Positions 19,095 through 29,670 of a DNA stretch of 64,000 nt are shown here, in pieces. The notes beneath the pieces were generated by a model. It did not search any database, was not told where the DNA came from, and saw only the letters and a program-made list of their open reading frames with translations. Where the stretch lies: positions 192,001 to 256,000 of the forward strand of contig CBDDTI010000745.1 in assembly GCA_965233585.1 (NCBI GenBank), written 5' to 3'. The position numbers were made by a program, and so were the translations under genes. The stretch's first letter is position 1, and each line of letters starts with the position of its first letter. The stretch is from a bacterium (GTDB taxonomy: Bacteria > SAR324 > NAC60-12).

Positions 19095-19193
19095 TCATCT
19101 CTTCTTGCCTCTACCTGAATAAAGCGATATGCAAAGAGGAATGAAACCAACCAGAACGATTGTAGCGACTGTGAGAAAAAAATCTAATGACAT
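19095..19193 (-). CDS. putative 32-aa single-pass membrane peptide
   Basis: manual translation MSLDFFLTVATIVLVGFIPLCISLYSGRGKKR: hydrophobic stretch plus basic tail, 19 bp after the helicase stop. Confidence 0.4.
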   Translation of the reverse strand: MSLDFFLTVATIVLVGFIPLCISLYSGRGKKR

Positions 19194-19212
19194 GTTTCAA
19201 AAATAAAAAGAA

Positions 19213-21198
19213 TTAACCCAAGTATTCTAAAGCATCTTCGTCTAACAAACAAGAAGACTGGTCGTGCCAGCAAAGCATGTCTCTGGGTAGTTCTTCTAAA
19301 AATAAAGAATGCCCCGCCTCTTCTAAGGAACTACGCTGATAGGGTGGCATGAAAGGAGACGTCAAAGTCAAATGTTGTTTTGCCCGCGTGATTGCCACAT
19401 AAAAAAGCCTACGTTCCTCTTCTAAACCTTCGTCAAACTCCAAACACCTCTGATGCGGAAAAAGCCCCCTCGTCAAGCCCATCACTATCACGCTGTGCCA
19501 TTCCAAACCTTTGGCTTGATGAATCGTTGTCAAGACGACACGCCCCCCAATCTTTTCTCCTTCATTTTTCTTTTTGTGGTATGAACCAACAAGCGACATC
19601 TGGTCTAAAAACTGTTGTTTAGAGGTGAATTGTTTGACAAAGTCAGACAGATAAAAAAGATCTGCTTCTCTCTGGTCTGGGTTGTCAAAACTTTTCATCA
19701 AGTAGTCTCCATAAAATGTCTCATAAGTCAGCTCAACAACTTCACTGAGAAGCAAGTCTGGAGGAGTGATTTGAGCAAAACAATTTTGCAACTTATCCCA
19801 AATTTCTTTTGCTTTTTTGGGAATTTTAGAGGAAAGGTCTTTGTTACTTTCAGTGAAGCGGATCGCTTGTTGACGGGCAAAAACTTGGAATATCTTCTCT
19901 GCTGTCTTTTGACCAATGCCTGGCACCATTTCTAAAATCCTTCTCCATGCAATCTCATCAAGGGGATTCACCAACACACGAACAAAGGCAATCATGTCTC
20001 GGATATGAGCTTGCTCAAAAAAAGAAGTTCCAGAACGGACTTCAAAAGGAATCTTGAAACGTTCCAATTCCAACTGCAAAGTGCTAGATTGCAAATGCGT
20101 TCTATACAAGACGCTCATTTGGTCTAACGCCACACCTTCGCTTTGTTTTCTCAAAATCTGCTCAACAATGATTTGTGCCTCCTCTTGTGTTGAAAAGACT
20201 TGATAAACTTCAGGCATTGTGCCGTCAGGAAGTGTAGAGTAAAGAGTTTTTTCAAACTGCGACGTGTTATGAGCAATACAAGCATTGGCTAATTGCAGAA
20301 TTTGGGGCGTACTGCGATAGTTATGCTCCAAATAATAGACTAGTGCCATTTGATACTTTTTAGGGAAGTCCAAAATATTCTTCACCCTTGCACCACGCCA
20401 TGAATAAATAGATTGAGCATCATCACCAACGACCATCAATTTTTGAGAGTTTTGACACAGTGCATCTAAAATCTCAGATTGCACAGAATTGGTGTCTTGA
20501 TATTCATCAACCAAGATGTATTCAATCCCATGTGTCATGCCTTCAAACCGCAGAAGTAAATCAAGCCAATTTTCCAACAAATCGTCAAATCCCATCAGAT
20601 GCCCCTCTTTCTTTTTTTGACGAAAAGACAGAAAAATCTGAAGCAATTCATCTGTCCATTCCATCAAATGAGAGAATCTTTGATAAATCGTTTCTTCAAG
20701 TTCAAAAATCCTTCGTGAATAATTGGTTTCAAGGATTTTTTCACGACATGCGTATAAATTGAATGAGAGAGAAAATAAACTTTGAATCACTGATTTTTTA
20801 GGCAGCCTCTTCTTGACTGAAACATCAGACACCACTTCTGCCATCGCTGTTGCAATCAATGCTGACTCATCTGATGTGTCCAAAATTGTAAAATTGCTCT
20901 CGTAGCCAATTTTAGAAGCATGGCGTCTCAAAAAACGATTGGCAACACTGTGAAATGTGCCATGCACAATCGCACAAGGTTGTTTCAATTCTCTCATCAC
21001 ACGTTCTGCCATTTCATTTGCCGCTTTGTTGGTGAAGGTCAACATCATAATAGAGGACGGAGGCACCCCAGATTTGACCAGTTGTGCCACCCGATGAGTG
21101 ATGACACGTGTCTTACCACTGCCAGCCCCTGCGATGACAAGTGCGGGTTGTTTCCTATGTAAAACGACTTGTTGCTGTTGAGGGTTCAGTTGATTCAC
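19213..21198 (-). CDS. UvrD/PcrA/Rep-family DNA helicase
   Basis: AGAGSGKT, TFTNKAA, VDEYQD, VGDDAQSIY.WRGA, NYRST, TIHQAKGLEW, EERRLFYVAITRA. Confidence 0.95.
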   Translation of the reverse strand: MNQLNPQQQQVVLHRKQPALVIAGAGSGKTRVITHRVAQLVKSGVPPSSIMMLTFTNKAANEMAERVMRELKQPCAIVHGTFHSVANRFLRRHASKIGYESNFTILDTSDESALIATAMAEVVSDVSVKKRLPKKSVIQSLFSLSFNLYACREKILETNYSRRIFELEETIYQRFSHLMEWTDELLQIFLSFRQKKKEGHLMGFDDLLENWLDLLLRFEGMTHGIEYILVDEYQDTNSVQSEILDALCQNSQKLMVVGDDAQSIYSWRGARVKNILDFPKKYQMALVYYLEHNYRSTPQILQLANACIAHNTSQFEKTLYSTLPDGTMPEVYQVFSTQEEAQIIVEQILRKQSEGVALDQMSVLYRTHLQSSTLQLELERFKIPFEVRSGTSFFEQAHIRDMIAFVRVLVNPLDEIAWRRILEMVPGIGQKTAEKIFQVFARQQAIRFTESNKDLSSKIPKKAKEIWDKLQNCFAQITPPDLLLSEVVELTYETFYGDYLMKSFDNPDQREADLFYLSDFVKQFTSKQQFLDQMSLVGSYHKKKNEGEKIGGRVVLTTIHQAKGLEWHSVIVMGLTRGLFPHQRCLEFDEGLEEERRLFYVAITRAKQHLTLTSPFMPPYQRSSLEEAGHSLFLEELPRDMLCWHDQSSCLLDEDALEYLG

Positions 21199-21490
21199 TT
21201 GCTTAGATCATTTTGCTTGAATGTTGATTGAAAAGTCTTTTTTAGGTGGGTTGAGCCAAATTGATGACAAGGAACATATTATAACTGGAGAAACTTACGG
21301 AAACCAATCATTAATAAAACGATTGAACACTTCTTTGGTAGGCTGATTAGCCAAATGCGTTACAATGTATTTTTAATAAAAATATAAATTATTAGTCATT
21401 TTATTTAAAAAATTGTTTTAAATAAAATTTTTTGACTGCAAAAAAAATTTAGACCACACTCAAATTTTTTCGGAAAATTACATATTATTC

Positions 21491-21518
21491 TTGACAAGTT
21501 ATTCCTTTCAAATACAAT
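21491..21518 (+). promoter_or_regulatory. sigma70-type promoter of the NitT/TauT-like ABC operon
   Basis: TTGACA-16 bp-TACAAT. Confidence 0.5.
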
Positions 21519-21578
21519 ATTGATTTGCATATTTTGAAGAGATGTATTGACTAAATATTTTTATCAAGGAGCTTAAAA

Positions 21579-22586
21579 ATGAACTTTATCAAATCAAAAA
21601 AAACCTTTTCTTTGACTCTTAAAAAAGCATTACTGACAGCTTTTGCAATTCCTTTGGCAAGCAATCTTTTTGGTGCAAAGCTAGAGTCCCTAAAGTTATA
21701 CATCCCACCTGTGGGGGTAGGGTTGTTGATGGTGGATGCAGCACAAGATGCCAGTTTGAAAAAATATGCAAAATCGGTGGAGGTCATTCGTTGGAACACT
21801 CCTGACCAGCTGCGGGCAGGCATGCTTGATGGTTCTATTGACATCACTTTTGTACCAAGTTATGTCGGTGCAAATTTCTACAACAAAGGAGTTCAATTTA
21901 AATTGATGAACATCATTACCGGTGGGATTCTCTATGTCATCAGCACAAATCCTAGCATCAAATCTATTGAAGATTTGCAAGGGGAGACAGTGTTAGTGCC
22001 TTTCCAAAATGATATGCCAGACCTTGTTTTACAAAGCATGTTACAAAAATTAGACTTAGAAATTGGCTCTGATGTCAAAATCAAATATGCTCCAACTCCA
22101 ACAGTGGCAGTGAAGATGGCGGTTTCAGGACAAGCAGAAACTTTACTCATTCCAGAAGTTGCGGCAACTAAGATCCAGTTGGTGGCTAAACAGAAACAAG
22201 GCATCACCTTTCACAGAAGCATCAATCTCACCGAAGAATACGGACGTCTTTTTTCTACTACAAACTTTATTCCTCAAGCGGGCGTTGCAGTCCGAGAAAC
22301 TTTTGCAAATCAAAATCCACAACTCATCTCAGCACTACAAAAAGCGATGGAACAATCGGCAAAAGTTTTGATGAAAGACAACAAACGAGTCGTTCAAATG
22401 ACTGAAACTGTCTGGAAGGGACAAGGTCAAGTTTTTGTTAAGTCGCTCCCTTATTGGAATATCAATGTGCAACCTGCGGCTGAAGTGCAGACTGATATTG
22501 AAGAATTTTATCAAATCATGCACAAACTTAACCCCGCGATCATTGGTGGGAAACTTCCTCCTGATGAATTTTACATGAAACTGTAA
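21579..22586 (+). CDS. ABC transporter substrate-binding protein (NitT/TauT-like)
   Basis: signal peptide, W.TPDQLRAG, ANFYNKG, PF.NDMPD, IPQAG, IGGKLP...FY. Confidence 0.85.
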   Translation: MNFIKSKKTFSLTLKKALLTAFAIPLASNLFGAKLESLKLYIPPVGVGLLMVDAAQDASLKKYAKSVEVIRWNTPDQLRAGMLDGSIDITFVPSYVGANFYNKGVQFKLMNIITGGILYVISTNPSIKSIEDLQGETVLVPFQNDMPDLVLQSMLQKLDLEIGSDVKIKYAPTPTVAVKMAVSGQAETLLIPEVAATKIQLVAKQKQGITFHRSINLTEEYGRLFSTTNFIPQAGVAVRETFANQNPQLISALQKAMEQSAKVLMKDNKRVVQMTETVWKGQGQVFVKSLPYWNINVQPAAEVQTDIEEFYQIMHKLNPAIIGGKLPPDEFYMKL

Positions 22587-22593
22587 CCCAAGA

Positions 22594-23334
22594 GTGCAAA
22601 AGACCGCATTACAATGGCTAGGTTTAGGGTGTGTGGTTGCGTTGTGGCATTGGCTCAGTTCACTCTACCCGAGTATCATTATTCCTTCCATCGCAGAAAC
22701 GTTAGACCGCTTATACCTCATTTTGTTTGAAGAAAACGGAGGTCAACATATCTGGATGACAGTACAACGTGCAGTCGTTGGATTTTTAGCATCGGTCAGC
22801 TTTGGAATTGGCATTGGTTTAATCGCAGGACTCAACAAGCAGGTTCGCTATTTTATGACACCATTGGAGCAGTTGATGCTCAGCATTCCTCCAATCGCAT
22901 GGATTGTGTTAGCTCTGATTTGGTTTGGGGGTGAAGGCATCACAAGCCCTGCCTTGACGATTTTCGTTTCGCAGTTCCCCGTGGTTTATCTTTCAGCCAC
23001 TCAAGCCGTTCGTACGATTGATGCTCAACTGCTTGAAATGGGACGCAGTTTTAATCTAAGCCCCATTGAAGCCCTGATTCAAATCGGAGGAGGACACATT
23101 CTTTCTTATACCTACCCTGCCATCACATTGACCTTTGGTACAAGTTGGAAGGTTGGAGTGATGGCAGAAGTACTAGGAGCAAACAATGGCATTGGCGCCC
23201 AAATTGCCAATGCAAGAGTCAACCTAGAAACTGCTGATGTCTTTGGCTGGATCATCATTGCTGTTGGTTTATACATGATTTGTGACAAAATTTTGATCCG
23301 CCCTATCAACACCTACAACATGAAATGGCGATGA
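22594..23334 (+). CDS. ABC transporter permease (SsuC/TauC-like)
   Basis: IPPIAWIVLALIWFG, SWKVGVMAEVLG...GIG. Confidence 0.9.
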   Translation: MQKTALQWLGLGCVVALWHWLSSLYPSIIIPSIAETLDRLYLILFEENGGQHIWMTVQRAVVGFLASVSFGIGIGLIAGLNKQVRYFMTPLEQLMLSIPPIAWIVLALIWFGGEGITSPALTIFVSQFPVVYLSATQAVRTIDAQLLEMGRSFNLSPIEALIQIGGGHILSYTYPAITLTFGTSWKVGVMAEVLGANNGIGAQIANARVNLETADVFGWIIIAVGLYMICDKILIRPINTYNMKWR

Positions 23335-25058
23335 CACTCACTTTTTCTAACATTCATTTTGCCTATCCCAATCAGTCTGCTCTGTTCAATGGTCTTTCTG
23401 TGAGTCTTGAAGCAGGTCAGGTGACAACATTGATGGGTCGTTCTGGCTGTGGAAAGTCCACCCTTTTAAATATTATGAATGGCATATTCAAACCAATTTC
23501 AGGAAGGATAGACACGGGGGGCAAAATTTGCGCCACCATTTTTCAAAATCAGCGATTGATTCCTTGGCTAACCATTGGTCAAAATATTGCGTTTGGTGCA
23601 AAATCTTTGAAAATCAAAGTCTCTGCTGAAGAAATTTCTTCAACCTTACTCAATGTCGGACTGCCTGAATCTATCCAAAATGCCTATCCCAAAATTTTAA
23701 GTGGAGGCATGGCTCAACGAGTTTCACTGGCTAGAGCTTTCATTTGCAAACCTGAAATTCTTTTTATGGACGAGCCTTTTTCCGCACTAGATCATGCCCT
23801 GAAAAATGATTTAATGAGTCGCATTGTCAAATTCATCAACCAAACTAAAGGGTACGCTTTTTTTGTCACTCACGACCTGCATGAAGCCTGTCAAATTTCT
23901 AACGAGGTTTATGAAATGAGTGGATTCCCTGCAACACTAAAACCAGTGGAAACGATTCCTATTCCTCCACAAAAACGAGATGATGCTGTGATTGAAAAAA
24001 TTATTATCCAAATCAAAGAAAAATTTCGTAAAAGTAGAGTGCCAAACTTTACCAAATACTGCTTTGCTTCATCTGATGAGAATGTTCAAAGTTATGCTGA
24101 TGAAATGAAACGGAGGCATTGGAGAGCCGAATTTATCCAAGACGATGCCAGCTTTTCTCAAAATGAACGTCCTTTTGAGAAACGTCCGGACTTAATTATC
24201 ATTGATGGTCAACATACTGACATAGAAACTTTGCTCGCATATTGCCAAAATCAAGTCACACGTTTCATATTCATCAAAAACACACCAGCCCTTAAAAATG
24301 TCACAACCATATCAGGCACTAAAGAAAGCCTTCAGCAGTGGTGGGGCTGGGAAGAAATCTATAAAGACCTTGTTGCTGATGTCCCAAACACCAAAATAGA
24401 AGCCATCACGATTGGTCATAATTGGACTTACACCCAAACTCAGAAAAGCTCAGGATTAGCACGCACGCCCAGCAGAGACACTCAAGGTGGTCGCACTGTC
24501 AAAGATGCAGGAACACTTCATCAAAAAACCTTACGACAGCTCGCAGAATATCTTTTTTCTGACGATGATTTAGAACGTTCCATCGGAATTTCTGCAGTCA
24601 ATGCCTACTACAACAGCATTGCCAAAGGACATACAGAAGAACACTACTGGGGGTTTAGACCATTTCGTGAGTGTGTTGGCTCTAAGGTAACGATTGGACA
24701 CTTTCCGCCTGCAACAAAAATTCTGCCAGATGTCAAAGTGATTGAAAGAGAGCCAAAGGAAGGACATTACACAACAGAAGAAGGTGAGGATTTAATCCCC
24801 AATGCTGACCACCTCATCATCACAGCACAAACTTTGATGAATGGCTCACTGCCACGCATTTTATTTCTGGCACAAGGGGCAAACATCATGTTGCTTGGAC
24901 CGACAACTCCACTTGCTCCTATCTGGAAAAAATATGGCGTCCGCTTTGCTTGTGGTATCATTCCAACACACCAGCAAAACATGCTCAATTTTATCTCACA
25001 AGCAGGCACAATGCTGATCCTTGATGAACAAGCACAGAAAATGACGATTGAGTACTAA
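23325..25058 (+). CDS. ABC ATPase fused to a C-terminal DUF4213/DUF364-like Rossmann domain
   Basis: GRSGCGKST, LSGGMAQR, MDEPFSALD, VTHD; C-terminal IG.NWT...SGLA, RSIG.SAVNA, IGHFP, IT..TL.NG.L, LLGPTTP. Confidence 0.75.
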   Translation: MAMTLTFSNIHFAYPNQSALFNGLSVSLEAGQVTTLMGRSGCGKSTLLNIMNGIFKPISGRIDTGGKICATIFQNQRLIPWLTIGQNIAFGAKSLKIKVSAEEISSTLLNVGLPESIQNAYPKILSGGMAQRVSLARAFICKPEILFMDEPFSALDHALKNDLMSRIVKFINQTKGYAFFVTHDLHEACQISNEVYEMSGFPATLKPVETIPIPPQKRDDAVIEKIIIQIKEKFRKSRVPNFTKYCFASSDENVQSYADEMKRRHWRAEFIQDDASFSQNERPFEKRPDLIIIDGQHTDIETLLAYCQNQVTRFIFIKNTPALKNVTTISGTKESLQQWWGWEEIYKDLVADVPNTKIEAITIGHNWTYTQTQKSSGLARTPSRDTQGGRTVKDAGTLHQKTLRQLAEYLFSDDDLERSIGISAVNAYYNSIAKGHTEEHYWGFRPFRECVGSKVTIGHFPPATKILPDVKVIEREPKEGHYTTEEGEDLIPNADHLIITAQTLMNGSLPRILFLAQGANIMLLGPTTPLAPIWKKYGVRFACGIIPTHQQNMLNFISQAGTMLILDEQAQKMTIEY

Positions 25059-25300
25059 ATCATTCTTGAATAGCTTTTTTGAAACCAGCATCCAAAAGTG
25101 ATACGGGTTTTAAAGAAACCAAGATGAGTTTTAGCTTTGACGTCAAAACTCACAGAGTAGCAAGCATGATTTGATTTTTTGCATCATCTGTATTTTTCTC
25201 AAATTTTACAAAAAGTGCTTGCATTTCATTTTTGACTCAGCTACAATCTCCTACTTCTTTTCTTGCTATTTAAGATGATGGTCTCAAGTAGCATCTTTTT

Positions 25301-27140
25301 ATGAACCTAAAAAATGTGATCTCATGCAAAATTTATCCGCAATCCGCAAAGTTTTTTCACCTCATTAAATCTTACTTCTCCAAACTCTTTCTCATTCCTC
25401 TTTCAATCGTTTTTGTTCTTTCTGCTTGTGCAGAAGATGATCAATCTGGTGACAATAAAGATGAGGATACCAGAGACTTTAACTTGGAGGACGGAAGGTT
25501 CAAACTGACCAAGATAGAGATTAGTGGTGGTACTTTTGAGCTGAATAAGGGTAGCAATTTCGGCATTGAGGTTAGATTGGGAAACAAAGTCTGCTTTTAA
25601 CTTCAAGTATGTCGGAAGAGGGTCATTCAATGCTGCTGATGGCACAACTCTGTCCATGTCTTGTAACCCCGATGTCACTGGCAAGCTGCAGTGGAAGAAA
25701 ATCAATAGTGATGGCATCGTAGAAGAAGCCATTTCAGAAAAAACCTTCTTTTTGCGAGACTGTCCTGTGGGTGCTGCTGATGTATTCAGACCTGAGGTAC
25801 AAGAATCAATCAAGATTATTACCGAAGGCATTGACGATGGATTCCTTGTGGAAATCAAAAATGACGGAGAACAAAACGTTCTCTATTTTGAGAATACGAC
25901 TCTCATACCTTTTCCAGCAAACGCAACAATCAAACTCTACTTCTCTAAAAAGGAAAACAAAGATGAGGACAAAGGAGATGCACCGCTCTCCAAAAAATGG
26001 TCTAAATTGCTTGGTACTAGCAGTGATGATCTTGCATATGGAGTAAGTGTAGATTCTTCAGGAAACGTTTACATGACAGGAGGCTATAGAGGAACTTTAG
26101 ATGATGGATTCTTTTCAAATTATGAGACATTTTTAGTTAGGTATAACAGTTCGGGTAACGAACAGTGGCGGTGGACTTTGGGAAAAAATATAGGAGCTGG
26201 AGTGAGTGTGGATTCTGCAGGAAATGTCTACGTCACAGGAGCCAAAGAGGACGTTGGAGAGGATGATGAAGACGTCGTCCTGTACAAGATTAACAGTTCA
26301 GGTGACTATCAGTGGGAAAGAGTTATCGGCACTAACAGTTGGGATTATGGGACAGGAGTGAGTGTGGATTCTGCAGGAAATGTTTACGTGGCAGGATACT
26401 CTGGAGGAGATTTTGATGGACACATCAATTCAGGAGGGTATGACATGTTTTTAATCAAGTATGACAGTTCAGGCAACAAGAAGTGGTCTAAATTGTTGGG
26501 GTCTGACAAGGATGACTCGGCACAAGGAGTGAGTGTGGATTCTGCAGGAAATGTCTACGTCACAGGAAGCTCCCAAGGAGACTTTGATGGACACACCAAT
26601 TTGGGAGAATATGACGTGTTTTTAGTCAAGTATGACAGTTCAGGTAACAAAAAGTGGTCTCGTCTGCTTGGCACTAGCAATAATGATTGGGGAAATGATG
26701 TGAGTGTGGATTCTGCAGGAAATGTCTACGTCACAGGACAGTTTGGACACACCAAGCAAACGGGAGGTAATATGTTTTTGACCAAGTATGACAGTTCAGG
26801 TAACAAAAAGTGGGCAAAATTGCTGGGGTCTGACAATAATGATTGGGGAGAATCAGTGAGTGTAGATTCTTCAGGAAATGTCTACGTCATAGGAAGCTCT
26901 TGGGGAAATTTTGACGGACATGCCAATTCAGGAGAACGAGACATGTTTTTGGTCAAGTATGATTCATCAGGCAACAAAAAGTGGTCTAAATTGTTTGGCT
27001 CTAGCAGTGATGATGATGCAAATGGAGTAAGTGTGGATTCTGCAGGAAATATCTACGTCACAGGAAGCTCTAAAGGAAATTTTGATGGACACGCTAGTTC
27101 AGGAAGTTGGGACATGTTTTTAGTAAAGTTTGGGCAGTAG
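25301..27140 (+). pseudogene. lipoprotein with a 7-bladed SBBP beta-propeller, split by a frameshift near 25545-25600
   Basis: ORF 25301..25600 carries the lipobox VLSAC; overlapping ORF 25566..27140 (+1 frame, no signal peptide) carries 7 GVSVDS.GNVYVTG repeats. Confidence 0.7.
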
Positions 27141-27177
27141 TACCCTTTCTTGTTCGCCTTCAAACCTTGAACTAAGT

Positions 27178-27202
27178 ATTGCTCACCTTGACCCGCAATC
27201 TC
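27178..27202 (-). repeat. half-unit of the GTC-tagged palindromic repeat
   Basis: reverse complement of GAGATTGCGGGTCAAGGTGAGCAAT, identical to 38885-38909. Confidence 0.8.
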
Positions 27203-27335
27203 TCTCCTTTTCCAAAAAAATGTTCTCATCCAAGATTTGGAATTTTTTGAGGAGAAAAACAATGACCGATGGAAGAATGGAAGGAAAGCTGATGAGACCG
27301 TTTTTTCGAAAAAACCATCTCATCAATGAAGGAAG

Positions 27336-27725
27336 TCATGGGGCTGGACTTTCTGACCGTTCTTGATAGTTTTTAATGGCAGCTTTGATCGCATCTTCTG
27401 CTAAGACAGAACAATGAATTTTGACAGGAGGTAACGATAATTCTTCAACAATGTCAGAGTTTTTGATAGACATTGCCTCATCAATCGTTCGTCCTTTAAT
27501 CCATTCAGAAGCAAGGCTTGAGCTTGCAATGGCAGAGCCACACCCAAAAGTTTTAAACTTGGCATCTACGATGACATCGTTTTCCACTTTAATTTGTAGT
27601 TTCATGACATCACCACAAGCAGGTGCGCCAACAAGTCCTGTGCCGATGCTTTCGTCATTTGCATCAAATGAACCCACATTTTTAGGGTTGTTGTAGTGGT
27701 CAAGTACTTTATTGCTGTATGACAT
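27336..27725 (-). CDS. iscU: Fe-S scaffold IscU
   Basis: YS.KVLDHY.NP.NVG, GAPACGD, KTFGCGSAIASSS, LPPVKIHC. Confidence 0.97.
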   Translation of the reverse strand: MSYSNKVLDHYNNPKNVGSFDANDESIGTGLVGAPACGDVMKLQIKVENDVIVDAKFKTFGCGSAIASSSLASEWIKGRTIDEAMSIKNSDIVEELSLPPVKIHCSVLAEDAIKAAIKNYQERSESPAP

Positions 27726-27752
27726 ATTTTTCTCCTTTAAATACAATGAAAG

Positions 27753-28979
27753 TCAGTGAGAAGACCAAGCCACAGTTGAAAGGTCTATACCTTGACATGC
27801 CATCTCGTAAAGAGGGGACATCTCACGAAGACGGGTGACCGCATTGGTCACGCATTGAATGGTATAGTCTATTTCTTCATCTGTGGTGAAGCGGCCTAGA
27901 GTAAAACGGATAGAACTGTGTGCAAGGTCATCTCCCAGACCCAAAGCACGTAAAACATAAGAAGGCTCTAGGCTTGCTGAAGTGCAAGCAGAACCTGACG
28001 AAACTGCGACATCACGAATGCCCATAATCAATGACTCTCCCTCAACATAGGCAAAGCTGAGGTTAAGATTGTTTGGTAATCTTTTTGTAGCACTACCATT
28101 GAGGAAGACATAATCTAACTTTTCAGAGAGTTGCTCGTGGAGTTTGCTTTTCAATGCAATTTGACGTTTGGACTCCGTTGACATCTCTTGCATCGCAAGC
28201 TCAATTGCTTTGGCAAAGCCAATGATCCCCGGAGTGTTGAGTGTGCCAGATCGGTATCCTCTTTCCTGACCTCCTCCATGAAACAAAGGAGCAAGTCTGA
28301 CGCGGGGGCGTTTCCTGCGAATATAAAGTAACCCAACTCCTTTGGGTCCATAAATTTTATGAGCGCTGGCAGAAAGCAAGTCAATGTTCATCGCTTGTAC
28401 ATCAAGGGGAATTTTGCCAAAAGCCTGTGTGGCATCACAATGAAAGATGACGCCTTTTTTTCTGGTGATGGTTCCAATTTCCTCAAGAGGATGCAAAGTT
28501 CCAATTTCACTGTTTGCCGCCATCAAAGAAACCAGCACTGTCTGGTCTGTGATTGCCTTTTCCAACTCCTGAAGGTCAATGTTTCCTTCATTATCTACGT
28601 TGAGGTAAGTCACTTGCGCCCCACGTTGTTCTAAGTAGCGGCAGACATCTAAGACTGCTTTGTGTTCTGTGGGTGCAGTAATGATGTGGTTTCCTTTGTC
28701 GTGATAAAATTCAAAAGCTCCTTGAATGGCTAGATTGTTGGCTTCGGTGGCTCCGCTTGTAAAAACAATTTCTTTGCCTTCTGCACCTAAAGCATCAGCT
28801 AAGGTGGCTCGGCTTTGTTCCACAGCCTCTTCTGAAGTCCAGCCGAATTGATGATTACGACTTGCTGTGTTTCCAAACTCGGATTCAAAATAGGGACGCA
28901 TTGCTTCAACGACTTTTGGGTCAACAGGTGTTGTTGCCCCGTAATCAAGATAGATGGGGAGTTTCATAGTTTTTTTCAT
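27753..28979 (-). CDS. iscS: cysteine desulfurase IscS
   Basis: IYLDY.ATTP, SGATE, SAHKIYGPKG, SSGSACTS..LEPSYVL, W..H end. Confidence 0.97.
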   Translation of the reverse strand: MKKTMKLPIYLDYGATTPVDPKVVEAMRPYFESEFGNTASRNHQFGWTSEEAVEQSRATLADALGAEGKEIVFTSGATEANNLAIQGAFEFYHDKGNHIITAPTEHKAVLDVCRYLEQRGAQVTYLNVDNEGNIDLQELEKAITDQTVLVSLMAANSEIGTLHPLEEIGTITRKKGVIFHCDATQAFGKIPLDVQAMNIDLLSASAHKIYGPKGVGLLYIRRKRPRVRLAPLFHGGGQERGYRSGTLNTPGIIGFAKAIELAMQEMSTESKRQIALKSKLHEQLSEKLDYVFLNGSATKRLPNNLNLSFAYVEGESLIMGIRDVAVSSGSACTSASLEPSYVLRALGLGDDLAHSSIRFTLGRFTTDEEIDYTIQCVTNAVTRLREMSPLYEMACQGIDLSTVAWSSH

Positions 28980-29373
28980 ATTGAATAAGTTGTTCTAATG
29001 TCATTCGCTCTACAAAAGAAATCATTTGCTTATGTAAGGCAATGAGGGGATTTTTCACAGGGCATTTGTCAAAAACGCTGCAAGAACAATCTGCAGAGAC
29101 ACAATCTACCAATGCGACCTTTTCATTCATAGCTTGCATGACATGACCGATGTTGACTTGTTCTGCAGGGAAAGCTAACAAATACCCCCCGCTTTGACCT
29201 CTTTTTGATTCAATAATCCCAGAAGTGTTTAATTCTTTCAGGATCTTTGCAATCATTGCTGTTGGGGCGCCATACTGCATTGCGATTGACTTTGCACTCA
29301 ATGCTTTGTTAGAAACCGCCAACGACACCAGTGATATTAAAGCATAATCAATCTTGCGAGATAACTTTAACAT
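28945..29373 (-). CDS. Rrf2-family Fe-S regulator (IscR-like)
   Basis: DYA, S.RG..GGY.LA, Cys cluster C-x4-C-x-C-x5-C; first gene of the isc operon. Confidence 0.88.
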   Translation of the reverse strand: MLKLSRKIDYALISLVSLAVSNKALSAKSIAMQYGAPTAMIAKILKELNTSGIIESKRGQSGGYLLAFPAEQVNIGHVMQAMNEKVALVDCVSADCSCSVFDKCPVKNPLIALHKQMISFVERMTLEQLIQYEKNYETPHLS

Positions 29374-29520
29374 GCTACCAAAATAAGAGGTTGCTCAAAC
29401 CAACTCAAGTATGTTAACCCATGAATTAGAACCTTTCAAGTACTAATTCAACTTTTAGCAAATTTTTTTTGAAAAACTTGTTTGACTCAACGAATGATGA
29501 GGCTTTGTCAAGGGTGTGAG

Positions 29521-29670
29521 GTTCTTTCGCTCCGAATGACAATAGTTGTCACTTGAGTGCTTGACACGGAATCCATCGTCAATACTTTCGTCATTCCGCA
29601 CTTGATACGGAATCTATCACCAAACCAAGCATGGATTACTACATGACTGGATTCCTGCCCCTGTTTTCAC
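29521..29670. repeat. cluster of GTC-tagged palindromic repeat units; the last arm is interrupted by IS1
   Basis: GTCACTTGAGTGCTTGACACGGAATCCA (29548), CGTCATTCCGCACTTGATACGGAATCTA (29589), TGGATTCCTGCCCCTG... (29648) continuing at 30452-30479. Confidence 0.75.
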
